Program-made: the position numbers and the translations under genes | The notes under the pieces: generated by a model | Databases searched by the model: none | Seen by the model: only the letters and a program-made list of their open reading frames with translations | What the model was told of the DNA's origin: nothing | DNA from: Polyangiales bacterium | Lineage (GTDB): Bacteria > Myxococcota_A > Polyangia > Polyangiales > Polyangiaceae | NCBI GenBank assembly: GCA_038230375.1 | Contig: JBBRNJ010000002.1 | Location: forward strand, 96,001-160,000 | DNA length: 64,000 nt | Direction: 5' to 3' | Part shown: positions 16,253 through 26,864 of the stretch, in pieces | Layout of the letters: each line of letters opens with the position of its first letter | How positions within the stretch are numbered: position 1 is the stretch's first letter

Positions 16253-19122
16253 CCAGGCCCCGCGTCGCCCGCGCCGCCATCTGCGTTGCAGGCTGCGATC
16301 TCGGGGATGATCAGCACTGGCCGAAGGTCGTCGGCAGGCACGTCGGCCAGCGTGGCCATGGCCTTGCTGCATTCGTTCTCCGCTGCCAGCGTGATCGCCA
16401 CGCCCACCGTACCGTTCAGTCGCTGCAGCTCCTCATCGCCGGTGATCTCGCGTCGCGCATTCTGCCCGTCCGAGAGCACCTTGAGCGCGGCCTCGAAATG
16501 CGTGCGCGCCGGTGCGAAGTGCTTCTGTCCGAGCTCGGCCCAGCCCAGGCCCAGATGGCCCTCCAGGGGTGAGATCGGGAGCAGGCTCGTGAAGCGCTCG
16601 ATCGCGACGCTCGTGTCGCCGTTCTGGAGCGCGAACTGCGCGGACCGGAGCGCCAGCGTCGGGTGGTTCTCGGACCGCGAGGCCCGTGTCATGTAGTCCT
16701 TGCCGCGGCTCACGTTCCGCAGCGACATCTCGTACTCGGCGCGGTACGCGTCCACCTGGCCGCGGTTCGCCTCGAGCTCCTGCATCACGCGCTCGGGATC
16801 CGCGTTGTCGGGCACGCCGTCATCCTCGATTGGGCCGAACATGGCCTGGCCACGCGTCTTCCCACGCGCGGCATACGTCAGCGAAATGCGGAAGCGGATG
16901 GCAGGCACGTTCAGCAGCGGCAAGCGATCCTGTCGCAAGGCGCCGGGGTACACGTTCGGCGCGAACTTGTCCTTGAGCGCGCCGAGATCAAGCTCGAACG
17001 TGGACCACGCGCCGCGCGTCCCGGGGATGACCACGTAGCGCGATCCTTCCGCGAGTCGGCCTTCGCCAGGCTCACCGCCCAGCAGCGCGAAGACGCGCTC
17101 CGAGCCGATGTACAGCATGACGCCGTACCGCTCGTCGAAGGCCGGGGCGCGGTTCGAGTCGGGAGGAGGGAAGGCGGAGATGCGCACGCGGCCGCGGTAG
17201 AACGCGCCCTCGAGCGATACCTGGATGACGTGGTCCTGCGCGGTGGCATCGCCTTGTCGCGTGCGTGGTCCGGCCGTGGCCGCGGCAAAGCAGGTGGGCA
17301 AGATGGTGCAGAACTGGTGCCTGCGCGCCTCCGCAGTTTGTTCGTCCGGATCCAGCGACAGCACGATCCCCGCGTGGTCGTCGTTGACGGCCGCGAATGC
17401 GCCAGGGCTTCCGTCCTCCGTCACGAACCAGAAGGTGGGCACGCCGTTCGCGAGGTCCCAGTAGCGGAAGGTAGGATTGGGGATCGCATCAGGCGCGCGT
17501 TGCGACTTGTCCGCGCGGATGACAACGGTGCTGCGGGCGTCAGAGCCGATGTCCGTGACAGTGACGCGGGCGCCCGAGATGGCATCGAACTCGGAGGAGC
17601 GATGGAGCGCCGAGATCGAGAACACGTCGGCCGCGCCCGGTGGAAGCTCGTGCGGGCCCTTGTCGATGCGCCACGGCAGCGGCTGGAAGTTCAGTCCCTG
17701 CACCCAGAAGCGCGGCGACACCGTACGGCCGGTGTTGTTGGTGAGCTTCACGTCCAGGCGAATGGCGCGCTCGTCCATCGTGCGGATGGGGTTCTGGATG
17801 ACCATCCCCAGATCGTCGGCGTGCGCCCTTCCGAAGGCGATGCCGAAGACGATGAGCGCACACGCGGCAGCGGCAAAAGCCAGCACGCGTCGTCGCGGAA
17901 ATGGCAGCGACGGGAGCTCCTTCGGTGGATTCGAGACGAGGTCGATCGCAAAGGGAAAGAAATTGAAGAACCAGTAGGAGGAGAGGCTCCGGTAGTTGAA
18001 GAAGAACGCAATGCTCGGCGCGATCCAGATCAGGTTCTTGTAGCGACGCTCCCTGGCGATCACGGCAATGAGCGCCACGTACACGCCCCAGAAGGCGACC
18101 GCGAACGCCCATTTCGGGAGGGACAGGCCGGACTGGAAGACGAACGCCGAGGGACCACCACCGAACGGCACCATGTCCCTCAGGAGTGACTCCACGATGC
18201 CGCCGACCCAATCAGCCGGGCCCCAGAGCACGAATGGCAGATTGAACGCGATCGCGACGGCGGCCGTCACACCGAAGAAGCGCGCCACGGTCCGTCTGCG
18301 TTCTTCTCTGGGGCACTCGTGCCAGAGGCGCACCAGGATGAATGGCGCGATGAGCCATGCGTGCTGCTTGCACGCACACGCCAGACCGAAGAAGAGCGCC
18401 GGTGCCCACTTCCGTCCCCACGTCGCGACGACGGCGCAGAGGAACAGCGCCCAGATCGAGTCCGTCACGCCGCCGAGCGCGAAGCCAAGGAAGTCCGGGT
18501 TCGCAACGAACGGCAGAAGGACGATTGCGCGGAGAGCCTTTGGCGTCCGGAAGTACAGAATGCCCACACACCCGATCAGCGCGGCCGCGTAGACGAAGCG
18601 CGAATCCACGTGGAGCGCAACGAACGGCACGAGGACGAGGAATGACAGGCTCGGATACGCGAGCTTGTCGGACAGCCCGCCGTCACGCAGCGGCGTCTGG
18701 AGATCGCTCGGCAGATGATGGAGCGAGTACGCGCCGTAGAGCGACTCCGCGTACGGATTGCGGCCGCGGATGAGGATGCGTGCTGCGTTGTCCATGAAGG
18801 CGTGGGCGTCCGTGAGCCAGCCATACGGCGTGCGCGCGCGCACCAGCGCATCAGCGACCGAGTACGAGACAACGAAGAACGCGAAGAAGGCGAACGCTGC
18901 ACGACCTCGGAACGCGAACGAGGCGCGGCTGGAGACGCTCATCACCATGGCGCAGATTCCGAGCCCGTACCCGGTCACGTAGAGGGCGATGGCGGCCGCG
19001 CTGTCTCGTGGAAGGCCCAGCTGCTCGATGTTGAGCGCGTACTTCCAGGAGAGCGCACCGAAGACGAGCCACAGCAGACGGCCGTAGATCTCGCCGGGCG
19101 CTTTCGCCGTCGTGTCGTCCAC
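16249..19122 (-). CDS. Large membrane protein: GT87/GT-C-like TM domain, beta-rich extracytoplasmic region and C-terminal TPR-like helices
   Basis: TDAHAF...GRNPY, LAYPSLSFLVLVPF, ACACKQHAW, FNLPF; C-terminal HLGLGWAELGQKHFAPARTHFEAAL. Confidence 0.7.
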   Translation of the reverse strand: MDDTTAKAPGEIYGRLLWLVFGALSWKYALNIEQLGLPRDSAAAIALYVTGYGLGICAMVMSVSSRASFAFRGRAAFAFFAFFVVSYSVADALVRARTPYGWLTDAHAFMDNAARILIRGRNPYAESLYGAYSLHHLPSDLQTPLRDGGLSDKLAYPSLSFLVLVPFVALHVDSRFVYAAALIGCVGILYFRTPKALRAIVLLPFVANPDFLGFALGGVTDSIWALFLCAVVATWGRKWAPALFFGLACACKQHAWLIAPFILVRLWHECPREERRRTVARFFGVTAAVAIAFNLPFVLWGPADWVGGIVESLLRDMVPFGGGPSAFVFQSGLSLPKWAFAVAFWGVYVALIAVIARERRYKNLIWIAPSIAFFFNYRSLSSYWFFNFFPFAIDLVSNPPKELPSLPFPRRRVLAFAAAACALIVFGIAFGRAHADDLGMVIQNPIRTMDERAIRLDVKLTNNTGRTVSPRFWVQGLNFQPLPWRIDKGPHELPPGAADVFSISALHRSSEFDAISGARVTVTDIGSDARSTVVIRADKSQRAPDAIPNPTFRYWDLANGVPTFWFVTEDGSPGAFAAVNDDHAGIVLSLDPDEQTAEARRHQFCTILPTCFAAATAGPRTRQGDATAQDHVIQVSLEGAFYRGRVRISAFPPPDSNRAPAFDERYGVMLYIGSERVFALLGGEPGEGRLAEGSRYVVIPGTRGAWSTFELDLGALKDKFAPNVYPGALRQDRLPLLNVPAIRFRISLTYAARGKTRGQAMFGPIEDDGVPDNADPERVMQELEANRGQVDAYRAEYEMSLRNVSRGKDYMTRASRSENHPTLALRSAQFALQNGDTSVAIERFTSLLPISPLEGHLGLGWAELGQKHFAPARTHFEAALKVLSDGQNARREITGDEELQRLNGTVGVAITLAAENECSKAMATLADVPADDLRPVLIIPEIAACNADGGAGDAGPG

Positions 19123-19153
19123 TAGCGCCTTCGGAGCGACGGGAAGAACGGCT

Positions 19154-20293
19154 TCACTTGTTCTTCCTGGACAGGTGCTGCTTCACGGCGTTCTGGATCG
19201 CGCCGCTCACGTCGCGGCTCTTTTCCAGCTTCTTCAGGTCCGACTCACGCATGAACGAAACCAGACGCGAGCCGAACACGAACGGCGTACGCGGGTTCGA
19301 GACGAGGTTCAGCTTGATCTGGTACGCGCGCGTCCAGTCGCGGTCGCTCGCGATGATCCGGAGCACGTCCTCGGACGTGTTGCGGTTCGCGCTGATGCGC
19401 GTGACCTCGTTCTCGTTCATGCCGGGCGCCTTGATGGCGGCCTCGCGGACGATGGGGTTCGCATCGCGGATGGCGAGCATGCGATCCTTGGAGTCGCCCA
19501 GGAGCGCACGGCGCACCTTTGCGCTGGTGTTCAGCTCCTGGAAGGTGAGCACACGCTGGACCTGGGTGTCCTTGATCTTCTCCTCGCCGGTCTCCTCGTC
19601 GATCTCGTGCGTGTCCTCGTCATTGGTCTTGTCGGTCGCGGCGATCTCTTCGGCCTTCGCGAATGCAACGTCGTCGTAGGTGCGCTCCTCGCTCGGCTCG
19701 GCGATGAGCTCGCCCTGGATCGCGGCGACGGCCTGCGCGAAGCCTGGGATGTTGAGCGTCATGTTGTTGCGCGCGGCGAGCTCGATCATGCGATCGGCGG
19801 TGCTCATGCGCGTCGCCTTGTTCATGTACAGGTTCTCGATGATCTCGCCGCAGCGGAGCAAGCGCTCCTCGTTCGTGGAGATGAGCTCCGCGACGGCCTC
19901 GCTTGCGTGCTTCGCGAGCTCCGCGACCGTGAGGTCGTGAAGGCGCGGGTGCATGATCACACGCTGAGCGATCTCCGGATTCTTCGCGTAGAAGGGGGCG
20001 ATCGCGTGCAGGGCGCCGGGGTGCAGGTCCGACGCCAGCGCGCCGTTCAGCACGGGCATCGGCAGCTTCTCGAGCGAGGCGCGTGCCGTCGCTGCGAGTG
20101 GGTCGTTCCCGAGAGAGAGCACCACACAGACGGACAGGGCTTCGTTCGGCTTCAGACCGGGCGCGATCGCCCTCGCGGCCAGGTTGCGCAGCGGCGGCGG
20201 GCCTGCCGGGTCAAGCAGCTTCTGGGCGACCGCCGACAACGTGGTGACGTCGATCGTGAACAGGTCAGGAGGTGATGCTTGGGGGTCGGACAT
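19154..20293 (-). CDS. Conserved hypothetical helical-repeat (LRV/HEAT-like) protein
   Basis: Clean 379-aa ORF with native codon style; KVRRALLG...LAIRDANPIV...WTRAYQIKLNLVSNPRTP. Confidence 0.7.
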   Translation of the reverse strand: MSDPQASPPDLFTIDVTTLSAVAQKLLDPAGPPPLRNLAARAIAPGLKPNEALSVCVVLSLGNDPLAATARASLEKLPMPVLNGALASDLHPGALHAIAPFYAKNPEIAQRVIMHPRLHDLTVAELAKHASEAVAELISTNEERLLRCGEIIENLYMNKATRMSTADRMIELAARNNMTLNIPGFAQAVAAIQGELIAEPSEERTYDDVAFAKAEEIAATDKTNDEDTHEIDEETGEEKIKDTQVQRVLTFQELNTSAKVRRALLGDSKDRMLAIRDANPIVREAAIKAPGMNENEVTRISANRNTSEDVLRIIASDRDWTRAYQIKLNLVSNPRTPFVFGSRLVSFMRESDLKKLEKSRDVSGAIQNAVKQHLSRKNK

Positions 20294-20459
20294 GGGCCAA
20301 CACCTACTTATCGTGTTTTCGGGGGCCAGACCCGGAGAAAAAAGCGCTTCCGAGGGGGCGAAACGTGGTTACTCTGGACACGTTGCGTTGTCTGCATCGC
20401 GTGCAGGCAACACGTGGGTGAGTCGATCTAGCCAGGTCACTGGAGCAAGCGAGCAAGCG

Positions 20460-21773
20460 ATGGGAGTAGTGAACTTCATCCAGAACGGCGTCCGCGAAAT
20501 GATGATCGCGCGGCCCGATCCGTACAAGCAGCTCATCATCTACAAGCATCCAAACCAGAACATCCCGATGTACTCGCAGCTCACCGTCGACATGGACGAG
20601 TGCGCGGTGTTCTTCAGGGACGGACGGCTCGGCGGTGCTGGTGGCCCGCAGACGGCGATCTTCCCGCCGGGGCGCCACACGCTGCAGACGCAGAACCTCC
20701 CCATCCTGAACCAGTTCGTACAGGGCTTCACCGGCGGCAACGTCTTCATCGCGGAGGTGTTCTTCATCAAGACCACGCCGGTCCGCGGCGTGACCATGGG
20801 CGGCACCGTCGGCGAGTTCGAGGACCCGAAGACCAACATCCAGGTGCCGCTGCGCATCTTCGGTGAGTTCTCCGTCGTGGTCACGGACCCGGCGCGCTTC
20901 ATCATCGACTACGCGGGTCAGGCCGGTCAGGGCGACAACGAGAGCGTCCTCAAGATCGTGCGCGACAAGTTCATGATGAGCGTGTCCACCGTCATGAGCG
21001 AGCTGTGCGAGGCCGACACGAAGGGCCTCATGAGCGTGCTCAACAAGCGCGAGCAGCTCGCCCAGGCGTTCATCGCCCGCGCGCCGAGCCTGAACGACAT
21101 CGGCGTGCGCATCCTCGAAGTCACGCGCATCGAGCCGAACGTCCCGGACGAGTTCCTCGAGGAGCTGCGTGAGGCCCAGCGCGAGCTCGCCGAGGCGAAG
21201 CGCGAGGTGAAGAAGAAGCAGATCGCGATCGAAGGCGCGGCCGCGGATGCCGCCGCCAAGCAGTACGAGCTCGATCAGAAGTACGGCCAGGACGCACGCT
21301 ACGTGCAGAACCTCGCGGGCAGCTATCAGGGCTTCGCCGCGGGGCAGGCCATGATGGGCGCGGGGCAGGGCATGGCCGAGCATGGCGTCGGCGGCGGCAT
21401 CGCTGGCGCCGGGATGCAGATGGCCGTGGGCATGAACATGGGCAACGCCATGGCCGGAGGCCTGATGGGGGGTGCGGCTCCTGGCGCGGGCGGTGCTCCT
21501 GGTGCGGGCGGCGGCGCCGGTCCGCAGTTCAGTCCGGGTGGTGTGCTCGTGATCTGCACGCAGTGCCAGGCCAAGCAGCCCGGCGGGAAGTTCTGCGCGG
21601 AGTGCGGCACGCCGCTCGCGCAGCCCAAGAAGTACTGCATCGGCTGCGGCGCGGAGCTCTTGCCCGCGGCGAAATTCTGCGCAGGGTGCGGCTCCCGCGC
21701 GGGCGCGCCTGCTGGCGGGCCCATCAGCGGCGCTGGTCCCGCTGGCCCTGCTGGCCCTGCTCCCGGCGGTTGA
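20460..21773 (+). CDS. SPFH/band-7 domain protein (YdjI-like) with double zinc ribbon
   Basis: SQLTVDMDECAVFFRDG, PGRHTLQTQNLPIL, Gly/Met-rich linker, CTQC..KFCAECG..YCIGCG..KFCAGCG. Confidence 0.88.
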   Translation: MGVVNFIQNGVREMMIARPDPYKQLIIYKHPNQNIPMYSQLTVDMDECAVFFRDGRLGGAGGPQTAIFPPGRHTLQTQNLPILNQFVQGFTGGNVFIAEVFFIKTTPVRGVTMGGTVGEFEDPKTNIQVPLRIFGEFSVVVTDPARFIIDYAGQAGQGDNESVLKIVRDKFMMSVSTVMSELCEADTKGLMSVLNKREQLAQAFIARAPSLNDIGVRILEVTRIEPNVPDEFLEELREAQRELAEAKREVKKKQIAIEGAAADAAAKQYELDQKYGQDARYVQNLAGSYQGFAAGQAMMGAGQGMAEHGVGGGIAGAGMQMAVGMNMGNAMAGGLMGGAAPGAGGAPGAGGGAGPQFSPGGVLVICTQCQAKQPGGKFCAECGTPLAQPKKYCIGCGAELLPAAKFCAGCGSRAGAPAGGPISGAGPAGPAGPAPGG

Positions 21774-21783
21774 CGGATAGACC

Positions 21784-24060
21784 TTGGCCAAGCAGCGAAT
21801 CCTGCTCGTAGACGCCGATCCTCGGAGCGTCCGTGTCCTCGAAGTGAGCCTGCGTCAGGCAGGCTACAACGTGACCACGGCGACCGAAGGAGAGGCTGCG
21901 CTCGACATGGTCTCGCACCAGCAGCCCGATCTCGTCATCTGCGATACCCGGCTGCCCAAGATGGACGGCTATGCGTTCGTGCGCGCGCTGAAGAAGCAGC
22001 CGGACACGCGCACGATCCCGGTCGTGTTCCTCGCGAATCAGAAGAGCGTCGAGGACAAGATCCGCGGGCTCGAGCTGGGTGTGGAGGACTACCTCACGAA
22101 GCCCATCTTCGTGCGCGAGCTGCTCGCACGCGTGTCGCTCATCTTCGCACGTCGAACGCAAGAGAGCATGGCGCGCGTGCAGCTCGGGGGCGGCAAGACG
22201 CACTTCGTCGGCACCATCCGCGAGATCACAGTCATCGATCTCCTGCAGACGTTCGAGGTCTCGCGCAAGAGCGGCACCATTCACCTGCAGAACGGCAAGC
22301 ACTCGGCGCACATCTACTTCCGCGACGGCAAGGCCATCGACGCCGAGGTCGGGCTCCTGCGCGGCGAAGAGGCGGTCTATCGCGTGCTCGTCTGGAGCGA
22401 CGCCGACTTCGAGGTCGACTTCGACACACCCCAGAACGAGGACATCGTCGTGGGCTCCACGCAGGCCGTGCTGATGGAGGGCATGCGCCGCGTCGACGAA
22501 TGGGGCCGCGTGTCGGAGGAGCTCCCGCCGCTGGAGACAGTGCTGGAGCTCGACAACGAGCTGCTCGTCCAGCGCCTGTCGGAGATCCCCGACGAGCTGA
22601 ACGGCATCCTGCGGCTCTTCGATGGCAGGCGAACGATCCTCGAGATCGTGGACGAGTCACCCTTCGAGGACATCTCCACGCTCTCCACGATCGCAAAGCT
22701 CTTCTTCGAGGGGCTGCTCACGAAGACGAAGCAGCCCGTGCATGTGGAGGCGGTGGTCCCCTCCACGGAGACCTCCCAGGTAACCAGGTTGCCCACGGCG
22801 CCCATAGGGACGCCCGGCGATCCCGTGGTCCCCGAGTCCGAGCGTGATGTCGGGCTCGACAGCGCAGGTGACAGCGGGCGGGACAGCACGAGTGACAGCG
22901 GGCGCGCCACGCCAGAGCAGCCAGTGCCTTCGCGCACGCGCACCTCTTCGCCCGACGACAACCGTCCCTCGTTCACGAAGACGCTCGTCATGCCAACGGC
23001 CGCCTCCGTTCCGACAGTGCCCGTGCCCTCGGAGCCCGGCAAGGATGCGCGCCGGTCGGAGCCCGACGTCGTGCTGGGCTCGCCCGCGAACGCTGATCCA
23101 TTTGGCGCCACCGCCCGCGAACAAAAATACGTTCCGGCTGGCCAGAAGACCATGCCGATGGCGGTGGTCACGTTCCCGGAGGCGAAGGCGGTTTCAGGCG
23201 GTGACCTGTCGCCGCTTGCCGAGTCGAAGCGCGAAGGCAGCAACGCAGTCGTCGCGGAGGCGGCCACGGCGTCGCACGACTCCAATTCGAAGACCCCCTT
23301 TGCGAACCGCGTCGACGAAGAGCTCGTCTTCGAGAAGGCGCCACGGAGCCTCTCGTTCCATCCGCCGCCACCGACTTCGCACGATGACGTGACGGACCGC
23401 GACGCCAGGCCGAACAAGCCGGTGCGGACCGTCACGCACCATGATGACGAACCGGATGACCACGACCAGCCAAAGCCCACCGTCTCCGGCGCACGCACGG
23501 TCTGGATCGGCGCGATCGTGGTGGTGATGGTGGTGCTCGCGCTCATCCTGGGTCGCAGGCTGATCCGCGGCCAGTACGATACGAAGGAAGGCCTCACGGT
23601 CATGGAGGGCCATGGGACCGAGCCCTCCTCCACGCCACCCAACCTCACGAGTGCGGCTCCGCCGCCGCCAGCGAGCGCTCCCCCAGCCATGTTGGATCTG
23701 GATGACCCGGTGGACGCGGGCGGGCCGCCGGTCCGCAGCCCGACGGCCCCTATCGTGTTCGATGCAGGAAACGGCCGGGTGCTCGTGGTTCCACTTCATG
23801 GCCCCAACGCGCAGAACCGCGGCGACGCCATGAAGAGCAAGGCAGCACGCGACCTCGAAGGCGGCTTCTTCGTGCGCGCCGCGGACCTCGCGAAGCGCTC
23901 GACGGAGGAGACACCCGCCGACCCCGAGGGCTGGCTCATCCTCGGCGCCGCGTACCAGGCCATGGGCCGCGCCGATCTCGCCCGCAGCGCGTACCAGCAG
24001 TGCGTGGTGAAGGCCAGCGGTCCACGCTCGAGCGAGTGCCGCGCCCTCCTCGCGGAGTAG
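21784..24060 (+). CDS. Membrane-anchored response regulator: REC + DUF4388 + P/S/T-rich linker + TM + TPR-like tail
   Basis: [86 protein letters not shown]. Confidence 0.85.
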   Translation: MAKQRILLVDADPRSVRVLEVSLRQAGYNVTTATEGEAALDMVSHQQPDLVICDTRLPKMDGYAFVRALKKQPDTRTIPVVFLANQKSVEDKIRGLELGVEDYLTKPIFVRELLARVSLIFARRTQESMARVQLGGGKTHFVGTIREITVIDLLQTFEVSRKSGTIHLQNGKHSAHIYFRDGKAIDAEVGLLRGEEAVYRVLVWSDADFEVDFDTPQNEDIVVGSTQAVLMEGMRRVDEWGRVSEELPPLETVLELDNELLVQRLSEIPDELNGILRLFDGRRTILEIVDESPFEDISTLSTIAKLFFEGLLTKTKQPVHVEAVVPSTETSQVTRLPTAPIGTPGDPVVPESERDVGLDSAGDSGRDSTSDSGRATPEQPVPSRTRTSSPDDNRPSFTKTLVMPTAASVPTVPVPSEPGKDARRSEPDVVLGSPANADPFGATAREQKYVPAGQKTMPMAVVTFPEAKAVSGGDLSPLAESKREGSNAVVAEAATASHDSNSKTPFANRVDEELVFEKAPRSLSFHPPPPTSHDDVTDRDARPNKPVRTVTHHDDEPDDHDQPKPTVSGARTVWIGAIVVVMVVLALILGRRLIRGQYDTKEGLTVMEGHGTEPSSTPPNLTSAAPPPPASAPPAMLDLDDPVDAGGPPVRSPTAPIVFDAGNGRVLVVPLHGPNAQNRGDAMKSKAARDLEGGFFVRAADLAKRSTEETPADPEGWLILGAAYQAMGRADLARSAYQQCVVKASGPRSSECRALLAE

Positions 24061-24083
24061 CCGCGGAGTAGCCGCCGAGTAGC
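24051..24083 (+). repeat. 3 x 11-bp tandem repeat CGC(G/C)GAGTAGC spanning the regulator stop codon
   Basis: cgcggagtagc/cgcggagtagc/cgccgagtagc read directly. Confidence 0.9.
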
Positions 24084-24102
24084 GCTCGCTGTGGCGCCGC
24101 AG

Positions 24103-25110
24103 TCAGCGGCGACGTGTGCGCGGGTCGAGGATGCCGTACAGGCCGTCCGCCACCATGTTCGAGACGACGATCGCCGCGGACGTGATGATCACGCAGCCCT
24201 GCACGAGCGGCCCATCACGATCCAGGATTGCAGTCACGGACAGCGAGCCGAGTCCGGGCCATCGGAAGAGGCTCTCCGTCACGATGGCGCCACCGACCAG
24301 ACCGCCCAGGTCGAGCGCGATCAGCGTCACCAGCGGCAACGCGACGTTCGCGAGCGCGTGACGTACGACGCCGAGCTCCGATGCGCCCTTCGCGCGCGCC
24401 GTCCGCACGTAGTCGCGCAGTAGCTCCGCGCGCATCTCGTCCCGCACGACACGCGTGTAGTAGGCGGCGCCGAAGAGACCCAGGGTGAGCGCAGGCAGCA
24501 CGATGCATGTGGCGTGCTCCGCGAACGTCTTCCCGAAGCCGTCGAGCGGCAAGAGGTTCAGCCGGTACGCAAGCAACCACTGGAGAAACAAGCCCAGAAT
24601 GAACGTGGGCGCGCTCACGCCGAGCAGGCTTGCGGTGACGGTCGCGGTGTCGGCCGCAGACCCTCGTCGCTTGGCCGAGAACGCTCCGGCCGACACACCA
24701 AAGAGGACCTGCAGGAAGACCGCGACGACTGCGAGCGCGAGCGTGCGAGGCAGCCGTTCGCCCAGGATGGTGAGCACGGGCCTTCGCTGCTGGTAGCTCT
24801 TGCCCAGATCCACGTGGAGCGGACCGAGCGTGCCGCAGGTCTTGTGCGCGGCGTCCGTGTCGGGCAGCGAGCTCACATGCAGGAGCCGCGAGAGGAACAG
24901 GCCATAGCGGACGGTCGCAGGGCGATCGAGCCCGAGGTCCTTCTTGATGCGCGCGACGTCCTCCGGACGCGCCTGGGGACCTGCGACCATGCGCGCCGGA
25001 TCGCTCGGCAGCACGTTCGACGCAATGAACGACAGCGTGACGGCCGCCCACACGACGAACACCACGTACGCGAGCCGTCGGAGCGCAGCCTTCACCATGA
25101 CTACGGCCAC
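24103..25110 (-). CDS. ABC peptide/nickel-type transporter permease (DppB/OppB-like)
   Basis: PSDPARMVAG, DLGKSY, ERLPRTL, DYVRTARAKG, ESLFRWPGLG. Confidence 0.93.
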   Translation of the reverse strand: MAVVMVKAALRRLAYVVFVVWAAVTLSFIASNVLPSDPARMVAGPQARPEDVARIKKDLGLDRPATVRYGLFLSRLLHVSSLPDTDAAHKTCGTLGPLHVDLGKSYQQRRPVLTILGERLPRTLALAVVAVFLQVLFGVSAGAFSAKRRGSAADTATVTASLLGVSAPTFILGLFLQWLLAYRLNLLPLDGFGKTFAEHATCIVLPALTLGLFGAAYYTRVVRDEMRAELLRDYVRTARAKGASELGVVRHALANVALPLVTLIALDLGGLVGGAIVTESLFRWPGLGSLSVTAILDRDGPLVQGCVIITSAAIVVSNMVADGLYGILDPRTRRR

Positions 25111-26864
25111 CTCGGAAGAATGGCGGCGGGGGAGAGGCCCACGCGTGACAGCGCCGTGCGGGCGCCTTCGCCTGCGCGGTCCAGGTACGAAAACTTCACG
25201 TCATGCGTCCACACGGGATGCGTTCGGTAGTTCTTCACGTAGGGCTGATGCACATCGTAGAAGCGGTAGTAGTGCGTGAACGCCCACGGCGCGTCGTCGC
25301 AGATCTTCTTCTGGATGTCGTGGTAGAGCGTCGCGCGCCGGCCGGGGCTGAGCTCGTGCTTCGCGCGGTCCATCAGGTCGTCCGCGGTCTTGCTCGCGTA
25401 GAAGGCGTAGTTGGACGAGTCCTCGTCGTTGATCGCGCGCGAGTGGAACAGCGTGTCGGTGAAGTCGCTCGGGTCGGGAAAATCCTGGTTCCAGCCGGCG
25501 GGCGCGAACGCAGTGGTCTTCCTGCGGCCGAGCAGCGCCAGGTACGTGGGGTAGTTCACCACGCGCATCTGGATCCGGATGCCGATCTTCGCGAGATCTT
25601 GCTCCAGCACCTGCGCGGTGTAGCTCGAGAGCCCCTGCTGATAGAGCGTGTACGGGATGGGGTCCGGATAGCCGCCGGTCTTCGTCGCCGGATCGTACGG
25701 GTAGCCAGCCTTCTTCATGTGCTCGAGGGCGGCGTTGACGTCGTACTTCTGACAGTCCCAGTCCTTCTCGTGGAAGGGAACTGCGGGAGGAATGGGCTGG
25801 GTCGCAGAGCGCAACGCGGTGGCCTTGAGCAAGCGGTAGTGCTCGCGATCGATCGCGGAGGCGACAGCGCGGCGTAGCTCCACGTTGTCGAACGGCGGCA
25901 TCTCGGTGTTCATCATCTCGCCGTTGACCTGCTTGTCGGCTTCGTACTGACCGAACGGTAACCAGCGCGGATCGCTCTGGAAGCGCACCAGGTCCGGCTG
26001 CTGGAACTCGCGCAGGATGTCGATCTCTCCGCGCGACAGCTTGTACTTCTCCGTCATGAAGTTCACGAAGAACGTCATGGTCACGCCGTCGAGATGCGGA
26101 AGCCCCGGACGGAAGTAGGCAGGGTGGCGGACCAGGTTGATCTCGCGTCCGCGGTCCCAGCCCTTGTCCGGGAGCATGAACGGACCGGCGCCGCACGGGT
26201 GCCACGTGTCCGAGTAACGCGCCCCTGCGCTCGGACACACCGGTCGCAGCGTATGCATGGCAAGGAGCGGGAGGAACGTCGCGTCGGGCTCGGTGAGATG
26301 GAAGGAGAGCAGGTACTTGCCCTCCACCCGCACGCCCGACAGCTCCTCCGAGGCCTTCGACTGGAACTCCTTGTAGCCCTCGATCATCGAGAAAAAAGAG
26401 CTCATCGGGTTCGGCGTGTCGGGATGCAGCGCGCGCTCCACGCTCCGCTTCACGTCCGCCGCGGTGAGCTCCTCACCAGAGTGGAAGCGAACACCCTGGC
26501 GCAGGGTGAACGTGTAGGACCGGCCGTCGTTAGACATGCGGAAGCTCTCGGCCAGGTCCGGCACGACCTTGCCGTCGTCGTCGTAGTTGACCAGTCCGGC
26601 GAACACGAGCTCCAGCAGCTCCACGACCAGCCCGTCACTGATGTTCGCCGGATCGAACGCGCGGATATCCGCGAAGCTGGACAGGTGCAGCACTCCGCCG
26701 CGGACAGGCGTGGCCTCGCCGTCGTGCGCGGCGGGAATGGGCGCCACGAGCGACGCATCGCAGCCCAGCGTGAGGAACCCGCCCAGGAGCAGCGCGCCCA
26801 ACAGCTTGCGCGTTGTGCCCGCCTCGGGACTTAACGATCGGTCAGCGCTTCGGCTCGATCGCAT
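25101..26864 (-). CDS. ABC transporter substrate-binding lipoprotein, family 5
   Basis: Lipobox LTLGC; VPDLAES, YTFTLRQGVRFHSG, GAGPF, PPFDNVELRRAV. Start approximate. Confidence 0.92.
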   Translation of the reverse strand: MRSSRSADRSLSPEAGTTRKLLGALLLGGFLTLGCDASLVAPIPAAHDGEATPVRGGVLHLSSFADIRAFDPANISDGLVVELLELVFAGLVNYDDDGKVVPDLAESFRMSNDGRSYTFTLRQGVRFHSGEELTAADVKRSVERALHPDTPNPMSSFFSMIEGYKEFQSKASEELSGVRVEGKYLLSFHLTEPDATFLPLLAMHTLRPVCPSAGARYSDTWHPCGAGPFMLPDKGWDRGREINLVRHPAYFRPGLPHLDGVTMTFFVNFMTEKYKLSRGEIDILREFQQPDLVRFQSDPRWLPFGQYEADKQVNGEMMNTEMPPFDNVELRRAVASAIDREHYRLLKATALRSATQPIPPAVPFHEKDWDCQKYDVNAALEHMKKAGYPYDPATKTGGYPDPIPYTLYQQGLSSYTAQVLEQDLAKIGIRIQMRVVNYPTYLALLGRRKTTAFAPAGWNQDFPDPSDFTDTLFHSRAINDEDSSNYAFYASKTADDLMDRAKHELSPGRRATLYHDIQKKICDDAPWAFTHYYRFYDVHQPYVKNYRTHPVWTHDVKFSYLDRAGEGARTALSRVGLSPAAILPRWP

